Below are positions 57,249-64,000 of a DNA stretch of 64,000 bases, in pieces. Under the pieces are notes generated by a model. It was not told where the DNA came from. It did not search any database and worked only from the letters and a program-made list of their open reading frames with translations. The DNA is from an uncultured Gammaproteobacteria bacterium (GTDB taxonomy: Bacteria; Patescibacteriota; Patescibacteriia; UBA9934): assembly GCA_964599455.1 (NCBI GenBank), contig CAZREA010000001.1:269183-333182 (forward strand), written 5' to 3'. Made by a program: the position numbers and the translations under genes. The stretch's first letter is position 1; the number at the start of each line of letters is the position of its first letter.

Positions 57249-58087
57249 ACAGAAAGATAATCGTGTAATGCTTCTTGCCATGAACGCATGGGAGGAATTC
57301 TTGTCGAGAGAAGTGTTGAGTATGCAGGACGTTTAGCGGGACGTTGCACTGTTGCTGGATTACGCGGAAAAATCTCGTTTTTCAATCCTAACTGATCACG
57401 AATTTCCTGAGCCCAGCCGAGCCAGGTCACACCTCCACTGTTTGCCATGTGATAGATACCAGGTTCAGGACGATCTTGCAAAAGATAATGCTCTGTATGT
57501 TGTGCGAGATCAGCGACCGACGTTGGCGCAGAATATTCAAAATCATTTACTTCGAGCACTGGTTTTGTCTGCAATTCATTGACGATTACTTCCACAAAGC
57601 TTCTTTTTGCGTTTGCTGATGCTGCAGGCTCGCCGTACAGACGCGATGTTCGGACAATAAAGGCTCCTGGATGTGCAGCAAGTACATGCTGTTCACCCAG
57701 CAATTTCGATTCTCCATAAACACTAATAGGGTGCGCCTCATCGGTCTCAATATATCCCTCTTTTTTGTCACCCGCAAACACATAGTCCGTTGAAACATGT
57801 ATGAAGGGAGCCTCATAATCGGCCGCAGCATGCGCGATCATGCCCGGAACTTCGGCATTTAACCAAAATGCCGCTTCACGTCCTTCACCTTCGGCAGCGT
57901 CAACATTATTATAGGCAGTCGTATTCACGATCATCTCGGGATTTGTCTGAGCAATCAAAGATGCGATCCCCTCTTTCTTCCACTGTATCTCATCACGTCC
58001 TGGTGCGATAATTTCATGACCGCCAGACCACGCCCGTTGCATCGCCGTTCCCAATCGTCCCGATCCACCTAAAAGCAAAATGCGCAT
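57236..58087 (-). CDS. rmlD: dTDP-4-dehydrorhamnose reductase
   Basis: MRILLLGGSGRLGTAMQ Rossmann motif and RmlD-family layout. 283 aa. Confidence 0.8.
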   Translation of the reverse strand: MRILLLGGSGRLGTAMQRAWSGGHEIIAPGRDEIQWKKEGIASLIAQTNPEMIVNTTAYNNVDAAEGEGREAAFWLNAEVPGMIAHAAADYEAPFIHVSTDYVFAGDKKEGYIETDEAHPISVYGESKLLGEQHVLAAHPGAFIVRTSRLYGEPAASANAKRSFVEVIVNELQTKPVLEVNDFEYSAPTSVADLAQHTEHYLLQDRPEPGIYHMANSGGVTWLGWAQEIRDQLGLKNEIFPRNPATVQRPAKRPAYSTLLSTRIPPMRSWQEALHDYLSVWQH

Positions 58088-58090
58088 ACC

Positions 58091-58309
58091 TTACTTTCTC
58101 TTCCCAAGATAGAAAGCTGCTCCCAATAAGACGATGCCTGCCACTGGCAAAATAATCCACCAGGATGATGAGTCGTTATTCGTCGGTAGAATGTTTTCTT
58201 CAGATGGAACATGATTAACATCAAGAAGATCTGCATGAACGACGGATGGAAGAAAGAAAATACCCAGAATGAATGATGCAAAAAAATATTTCATACTAAA
58301 ATTGTTCAC
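58091..58309 (-). CDS. Small secreted protein with C-terminal TM anchor and basic tail
   Basis: Signal peptide MKYFFASFILGIFFLPSVVHA. C-terminal WWIILPVAGIVLLGAAFYLGKRK resembles a C-terminal sorting or anchor signal. Confidence 0.3.
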   Translation of the reverse strand: MNNFSMKYFFASFILGIFFLPSVVHADLLDVNHVPSEENILPTNNDSSSWWIILPVAGIVLLGAAFYLGKRK

Positions 58310-58700
58310 GAATCTTTTGTGCAGTCATTGCCAGCTCATCAGATGAAGGATGCATCTTGGTAAATGTTCGTGGTACGTCGTTTTTACGCGGCATAATGTG
58401 CAGATGCGTATGCATGACTTCTTGCCCTGCGCATTCGCCATGATTCATGCCGAGATTATACCCATCGGCGCCAACTGCCTTAAGGATTTTTGGTGCAAGC
58501 GAATGAATCACATCCATCAACGCCCGTGCATCTTCTCTGGAACCCGCAGAAAGATTCTCGGCATGCGTCTTAGGAATCACGAGCGTATGCCCTTCGCTTA
58601 CGGGGCCAATATCAAGAAACGCGAAGACCTTATCATCCTCATAGACTTTGTGTGCAGGAATAATTCCGGCGATGATTTTGCAAAAGAGGCAGGTTTGCAT
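58296..58700 (-). CDS. HIT-family (histidine triad) nucleotide hydrolase
   Basis: HTHLHIMPR histidine triad. 134 aa. Confidence 0.85.
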   Translation of the reverse strand: MQTCLFCKIIAGIIPAHKVYEDDKVFAFLDIGPVSEGHTLVIPKTHAENLSAGSREDARALMDVIHSLAPKILKAVGADGYNLGMNHGECAGQEVMHTHLHIMPRKNDVPRTFTKMHPSSDELAMTAQKIREQF

Positions 58701-59052
58701 AGGGGTTAACGTGGTTAAGTGGTTAAAATGGTTATTTTTCAGATAATCACTTAATCACTTTAACCATCTTTATCTTTTAAATTCCTTAGTTTCTCATACT
58801 TCACCGTCAAAAGAGCAAAAATGCAAGGGATCACGATCAATACGGGAAACGGAAATACATACGACACAAAACCCGGATGTCGCCATTCAACGATAGCGAA
58901 GATGGGTAGAGCGACAAACCAAGCGAGGAAGTGGGGGTAAAGGCGCATATAAGGTGAGGTAAACGAAGGAATGAGCCTGCGCTTCTCCCTCCTTCCAGGA
59001 GGGAGATTAAGAGGGAGGCTGAGCGAAGGAATCCTCTAGACCCTTCTTTGCG

Positions 59053-60573
59053 TCAGGGTCTGAACACAAATCTCTTCATCGCTCGTAAAATCCCCATCAT
59101 ATCCAAAGGTTCTTTTTTAAACGTTACCTTGATTTCATGAATCTTTGGCTTGTCTTCAACATCTCTAACCCGCGGAGCAGAGAGAACAAGCCTGTAAGCC
59201 CCCTGTTCCTTTGGGGCTCCTTCCAAAGAAAAAGAAGCGTTCGATTGACGCCAACCTGCATCGGTAAATGCCGTTGGCGCAATCGTTGCCAGAACATAGG
59301 ATACACCGGCATCAGCAAGCGAAGGCAGGGCCGTAACTTGCAATGCATCAGGATTGAAAAATGCATCTTCACTGAGTGCAAATTTTCCATCACCAATAAG
59401 CTTTACATCTCCGACCGGCGAAGTGAAAGTAGCGATATCGGCATCCGCGATCACTACAGAAACTTTTTCTTGTACACCAGAAATCGCGAGCGCTTGCGCT
59501 CCAGCCTGCAACGTTTGCAATCCTTCTGCATGCAACGTTTCAGCGGTGAGGTATTTTACATCTGACCAAAAGGTTGTTGCGCGAGGTTGTGGCAAAAAAC
59601 CGATATCATCAGCAATGAAGAGTTGATTTTTAAAGACAAAATATGAACCGCTCTCGGTAATTGATCGCCAAATAATGTCTGAGGTTGAAGATAAGGAAAT
59701 ACGATAAACACCCTCAGGTAAATTATTCTTTTTAAACGTGATCGTTCGTAATGAGGACTGTGTTTGATCTTCAGAAATCACACCGTCATCAAGAAACGGC
59801 TCTTCAAACATCGTTTGCCCGGCTTCATTGATAATTTTCACGAAGCCCTCATCAGGGCCATAGCTGCGATTTACATCAACGAACGAAACCGAGAATGTTG
59901 TCTGTTCATGGTCCTGAACATACATCAATGCTTCATGCGCACCACGCAACGCGACGTCATATGTTCGCGGGGATGCGAGAGAAGTCGCCGAAAAATCACG
60001 AAACGGCTGCGTCCAAGCGGTGCGGTACACAGCAATATCTTCTCGCTTGGGGATGTTGGCAAGAAAAGCATCAACATCTTGCACGTCATCATTTTTTGCC
60101 CAGACTTTTTCTAGCAATCCATTATCCAAAGTCTTTGTTGTTGATGGCCAAGCAAGCGTATCAAGTGCCCGATAAAAAAGAGGTGTAAAAGTAAAACGCT
60201 GCAAGCGAAGATCTTGTAATAGTCCCACTTCAAGCAAATCTTGATCTTCCGCGTCAAAAGAAATCGCTACATCCATCGATGTCCAATCTCCGGGTGGAGG
60301 CGTTAGCGAGACATAAACCGGTTCATCAATAATCGCTATGCATGAGCCTCGGTCATCAGCACATGTTGCATCCATGCGTGCATCAGGCAAAGGGCGGCCA
60401 ATCAGCGGCGAGGCTGCATCTGCATACCAAATCGCTGATCGTTCACCGGTCGGAGCGATATATATCCAAAACAACAGGCAAAAAAGTGCCGATGGAAAAA
60501 GGGCAACAAAAAGAATGGAAAAAATGTTACTTTTGAACGCTCTCGACATATTCAATACGATACAACGTTTCAT
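59053..60573 (-). CDS. Membrane-anchored hypothetical protein (large extracytoplasmic domain)
   Basis: N-terminal TM IFSILFVALFPSALFCLLFWIY. No motif recognised. 506 aa. Confidence 0.45.
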   Translation of the reverse strand: MKRCIVLNMSRAFKSNIFSILFVALFPSALFCLLFWIYIAPTGERSAIWYADAASPLIGRPLPDARMDATCADDRGSCIAIIDEPVYVSLTPPPGDWTSMDVAISFDAEDQDLLEVGLLQDLRLQRFTFTPLFYRALDTLAWPSTTKTLDNGLLEKVWAKNDDVQDVDAFLANIPKREDIAVYRTAWTQPFRDFSATSLASPRTYDVALRGAHEALMYVQDHEQTTFSVSFVDVNRSYGPDEGFVKIINEAGQTMFEEPFLDDGVISEDQTQSSLRTITFKKNNLPEGVYRISLSSTSDIIWRSITESGSYFVFKNQLFIADDIGFLPQPRATTFWSDVKYLTAETLHAEGLQTLQAGAQALAISGVQEKVSVVIADADIATFTSPVGDVKLIGDGKFALSEDAFFNPDALQVTALPSLADAGVSYVLATIAPTAFTDAGWRQSNASFSLEGAPKEQGAYRLVLSAPRVRDVEDKPKIHEIKVTFKKEPLDMMGILRAMKRFVFRP

Positions 60574-62203
60574 CTTGCAAAGTAATCACAGGGACAAATT
60601 GCAATCCCTCACCAATAAGTTTTATTTCCTTCAAATAACGGAGATCTTTTTCAGGTAAGGTGATGCCAAAATAATACGTCGGTGCATTCTGCATCATGAT
60701 TGGAATCGCCTCATAGGTTACATCACTACGCAAAGGCGCGACCACGCGTCGATCGGGCCAGAGATATTTATCAGCCCGATCGACGATAATAATGGCATCG
60801 TTTTCGGTTGCCGCAAGAATCGCTTCTTGTTTTTCTTGGAACGATGCCAGTGCAGCTCGACTAGCAAAGATTCCATCTGCTCCCCAAAAAACCAAACGTC
60901 CCGATAAAATCAACGTTAACACACACAAGCAAGCAAGTACGATCTGACGAGCGCGATCTGATCTTTCTTTTTTAACTAACATTGAAGCTCTATCCACAAT
61001 CCATACACATGCCTGTGCGGCAAAAGGCGTTGCCAATACAAAAAGTGGTAACCAATACCGAACATACGAATTGCCAAGTGAAATTGCCCGAGGATCGGGA
61101 TTGTCATGAAACAACCAACTCCCATACAGCACAAAAAGATAACTACTGATGAGCGTCGAGGAGATCGTCCATGCTTTCCAAAAAAAGGACTGCTTTTTCC
61201 ATGTACTCAGCACGAGCATACTTCCAAATAATGCAGGAATGGTCATCCATGGATACAACAGAAACGCGTAAAAAAAGATATGACGCAGTGTTGAACGCAG
61301 ATGTATGCCAAATGGAAAAAAGAGTTCACTTACTGTCTGCCAATAGTCAATGCTCTGCGTCGTATCAGGTGAAACTCCAGCTTCTTGCACAACAGGTTGC
61401 CATAATTGTTGGCCGACTGTATAGCCAGTTGTAAATGGATTTCCGTATGTCATCCCATTTGCTCCTAACATGAAGAGTATCATCACACCAAAACCGATTC
61501 CTGATGCGAGAAGATCACGCCAGCTCATCCATGTTTTTCGTAAAGCGATGATCACGAGCACAAGCACCGTTGGCAGTATCCACCATAATTCTGCCGCGCG
61601 AATAAACAAGGCCATGCCCACACAAAAACCCGACAATGCCCACAAAAGCATGCGATGACGAACTATGGATACTCGATAGGCAGTCACCGCAATCCACAGT
61701 GCGAATAGAAGGAAAGCAACAAAAGGAATATTCGGCATCAAGGTTCGACTGGTATACAGCCACCATGCCGGATGTATAGCGAGAAGAAATAACGACAGTA
61801 ATGCAAGGCGTTTATCATCTGTGCATTTATAAAGAAGGGAGCCAAGCGCAGATAGAGCGAGCAATGAGAGAAACGGCGTGAATAAGAATGTCAATTGAGA
61901 AGAGATCATGCTGATACCGCCAACCAGATAAGACATGCCCAGAAAACTTGCAGGCACCAAGGATGTTCCGACCGTCAATACACTGCGTGGATGTAAAATG
62001 CCAGAAAGCACGCTGTTCAATGGCTCGCTAAGCATCGGTACTCCCTGTTCAACGATCGCTTGAGTAAAGGTAAACGTCGCATGTTCATCAGGAGAAACGA
62101 AAACATGCGTATTCCAGGCAAAAGGAATTGATAAAAAAAGTGTTGTTAAAAAATACAAAAACAGCAGACCTCCTATTATCAGCCTGGTCTGCACAAAAGA
62201 CAT
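60527..62203 (-). CDS. GT-C fold membrane glycosyltransferase (ArnT/PMT-like, GT39/GT83-type)
   Basis: 558 aa with ~12 TM helices and a conserved N-terminal loop after TM1 (FVSPDEHATF...), as in PMT/ArnT-type transferases. Family assignment by topology and composition only. Confidence 0.5.
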   Translation of the reverse strand: MSFVQTRLIIGGLLFLYFLTTLFLSIPFAWNTHVFVSPDEHATFTFTQAIVEQGVPMLSEPLNSVLSGILHPRSVLTVGTSLVPASFLGMSYLVGGISMISSQLTFLFTPFLSLLALSALGSLLYKCTDDKRLALLSLFLLAIHPAWWLYTSRTLMPNIPFVAFLLFALWIAVTAYRVSIVRHRMLLWALSGFCVGMALFIRAAELWWILPTVLVLVIIALRKTWMSWRDLLASGIGFGVMILFMLGANGMTYGNPFTTGYTVGQQLWQPVVQEAGVSPDTTQSIDYWQTVSELFFPFGIHLRSTLRHIFFYAFLLYPWMTIPALFGSMLVLSTWKKQSFFWKAWTISSTLISSYLFVLYGSWLFHDNPDPRAISLGNSYVRYWLPLFVLATPFAAQACVWIVDRASMLVKKERSDRARQIVLACLCVLTLILSGRLVFWGADGIFASRAALASFQEKQEAILAATENDAIIIVDRADKYLWPDRRVVAPLRSDVTYEAIPIMMQNAPTYYFGITLPEKDLRYLKEIKLIGEGLQFVPVITLQDETLYRIEYVESVQK

Positions 62204-62205
62204 AG

Positions 62206-62790
62206 TTAAAGCGAATAGGTAATAACGGCAACGACGGCAAAAATGAGCGATATACCAAGCACAACTTCACCAATCGCTATGAGCATCGGCAAACTCAACG
62301 TAATCCCTAAAAGGAGAAGAAAAAGAGAAGTACACTGGAGAAACATCTTTATCTTTCCCCACACATTAGCCATCATGATGCTCCCAGCGTATTTCGGTGA
62401 TGCCCAGCGAATAGAAGGAAGAATATCAAAAAAGATGGCCAAGAAAATAATCCATGGATGGTAATATTGCAAAGCAACCAGCAGCGCCACTGAACCGATC
62501 AACAGCTTGTCAGCAATCGGATCAAAAAAGATTCCCCAAGGAGTAATCTGATGACGGACTCGTGCCAACGATCCATCAATCATGTCGGTAAAAGCCGTCA
62601 ATAAAAATAACGGCACAGCAATCATGTACTCGTGTATCGATAACAGCCACAACACCAAAGGCGTCAGCAGAAGTCGCAAAATGGTGACATGATTTGGCCG
62701 AACAAAAGCGGGAATAAACGGCAAAACCACGGCTTTCATGACGTGGTCGTGGGGGTATAATTTTGGCGCTTGATCGACTGAAGTATCCAT
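62206..62790 (-). CDS. CDP-alcohol phosphatidyltransferase family protein
   Basis: DMIDGSLARVRHQITPWGIFFDPIADKLL matches D-G-x2-A-R-x8-G-x3-D-x3-D. Multiple TM helices. Confidence 0.7.
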   Translation of the reverse strand: MDTSVDQAPKLYPHDHVMKAVVLPFIPAFVRPNHVTILRLLLTPLVLWLLSIHEYMIAVPLFLLTAFTDMIDGSLARVRHQITPWGIFFDPIADKLLIGSVALLVALQYYHPWIIFLAIFFDILPSIRWASPKYAGSIMMANVWGKIKMFLQCTSLFLLLLGITLSLPMLIAIGEVVLGISLIFAVVAVITYSL

Positions 62791-62816
62791 GAAATCATGA
62801 TAGCAAAGGCAAGCTC

Positions 62817-64000
62817 GTGCTGCTAGTAGCCAATAAAAGAACAGATCCCGACCCTTCTTCTGTGCCCATTCTCTTCTTCGCTCTTCTCATTCTCAATGTC
62901 CTCATCTTTCAATCACCTTGGCTTGGTCTGGGCAGTTTAGCGATCGGCGCATGGTCCGTGGGGAGACGATACGGGACATGGCTTTTTCCCGAAGAATCTT
63001 TTACAGGAAAACTTTTAGGTGGAGCGTTTTTTTGCGCAGCGTTGGCAAGTATATTGGGAAGTATTGTTTTTTATACAACAACAATAACTGAGCTCACATT
63101 ACTTACTATTATCGCCTGCATGACTTTGTTTTCACTCTTTTTGAAAAATGCAACTCGGTTGCAGTTATCTCTTGCTCAATTTTCATCATCTCCTGTCACT
63201 CTTGCCGCGCTTCTTCTCACGATAACGAGTTTGGGATTATGGTGGCATGCAATTCTTTCCTCCCCCATCACCACCGCTATTCGTTCACCCTGGCTCAGCT
63301 TCTCTCCTGCACATATTCTCTTGTTAGCAGTCGCCTTTGCGACATCATGGTTCATCTATCGTCGAGAAACATCACGCTTGCTTGGCGCGATCGGACTTGT
63401 CGTGACACTCTTTAGTGCGGTGAGTATGGCAGCAGCGCTTTATTCGCTTGGCTATGGATTTGATCCTTTTCTGCATCGTGCCACGGTTGAGCATATCGCC
63501 ACGTTTGGCACGATTACACCCAAGCCCCTGTATTACATTGGTCAGTATGCGCTTGAACTTTTGGCGATGAAACTTTTTTTCTTCCCCCTCTTTATTGTCG
63601 ATATCTTCCTTGCCCCACTCGCCATTAGCCTCATTGGTCTGTTTTTGTTGGTACAAAAAAAAACCACATCTTGGACACCCGCCCTTCTCGCTCTTCTCCC
63701 TTTAGGGGCATGGATTTCAACCACGCCTCAAGCACTTGCCTTTGCCGGAACATTCGCGGTGATCATTTGGTTATGGCAGACGCAAGGATCTTGGACACGG
63801 TCCGCCAGAATCGGCGCATGGATCATCGCCATCGGTACACTCACTTTTCATCCACTCGCTGGCATTCCCGCAGTCGGACTCGTCTTCTTGAGAGAAATTA
63901 CCGCATGGAAACATAACCTTGCAAAACCTCTTTTCATAGTGAGTACCATCGGATTAAGTATCGCTTTACCAATTGCTTTTTTTGCGCAGAGCTATCTAAG
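62817..64000 (+). CDS. Polytopic integral membrane protein, 3' end beyond the window
   Basis: My own translation from GTG 62817 (in-frame TGA at 62790 upstream) gives >390 aa of hydrophobic helices with no stop before the window end. The ORF track omits it because no stop is reached. Confidence 0.45.
   Translation, partial: MLLVANKRTDPDPSSVPILFFALLILNVLIFQSPWLGLGSLAIGAWSVGRRYGTWLFPEESFTGKLLGGAFFCAALASILGSIVFYTTTITELTLLTIIACMTLFSLFLKNATRLQLSLAQFSSSPVTLAALLLTITSLGLWWHAILSSPITTAIRSPWLSFSPAHILLLAVAFATSWFIYRRETSRLLGAIGLVVTLFSAVSMAAALYSLGYGFDPFLHRATVEHIATFGTITPKPLYYIGQYALELLAMKLFFFPLFIVDIFLAPLAISLIGLFLLVQKKTTSWTPALLALLPLGAWISTTPQALAFAGTFAVIIWLWQTQGSWTRSARIGAWIIAIGTLTFHPLAGIPAVGLVFLREITAWKHNLAKPLFIVSTIGLSIALPIAFFAQSYL

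Noticed and set aside
1-64000. CRISPR arrays, rRNA genes, transposases or IS elements
   Set aside because: No direct-repeat/spacer array, no rRNA-like conserved stretches, and no DDE or serine/tyrosine recombinase ORFs were seen in any frame.

Overview
This is a bacterial chromosomal window read with the standard genetic code, since many long ORFs are intact and end in TGA, TAA or TAG. It is mostly minus-strand coding and has heterogeneous GC, with several short GC-rich islands in a roughly 45-50% GC background. No rRNA, CRISPR array, transposase or integrase was seen. The gene content is housekeeping and cell-envelope biased, and it resembles an uncultivated, small-genome lineage (possibly CPR/Patescibacteria-like). 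That placement is an impression, not a demonstrated fact.

Recognisable housekeeping genes include a fragmented division/cell-wall set: an FtsB-like gene, murE and murD interrupted by a P-type cation ATPase, murG at 38 kb, and ftsW and mraY at 41-43 kb. Also present are lepA, mnmA, an RluA-family pseudouridine synthase, uppP, secD and secF (the SecD carries an embedded parvulin domain), rnhA, recJ, pyrG, rpmA, rplI, a CtpA-type S41 protease, and one tRNA-Lys(UUU).

The accessory-like content is:
- A variable stretch next to tRNA-Lys (8.2-13.8 kb) containing an SDR oxidoreductase, a PIN-domain VapBC-like toxin-antitoxin pair, a divergent pair of GC-rich genes, a sarcosine-oxidase-family gene broken by a single in-frame TGA, and a PCO/ADO-like cupin.
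- A tandem array of four to five diverged Nudix-fold paralogs (21.2-25.5 kb) with near-identical repeated terminators.
- A co-operonic membrane protein plus a TraG/VirD4/FtsK-superfamily ATPase carrying a zinc ribbon (27.3-30.8 kb).
- Two tandem GC-rich paralog genes whose terminators show compensatory covariation (47.6-49.3 kb).
- A surface-glycan cluster (49.4-58.1 kb) mixing CDP-hexose genes (rfbF, a CDP-glucose 4,6-dehydratase-like gene) with rmlC/rmlD-type genes and three GT2 glycosyltransferases, followed by a GT-C glycosyltransferase and a CDP-alcohol phosphatidyltransferase.

Two GC-rich, hairpin-dense non-coding regions of about 450-480 bp (7.56-8.04 kb and 38.9-39.4 kb) are unexplained and may be structured RNAs.
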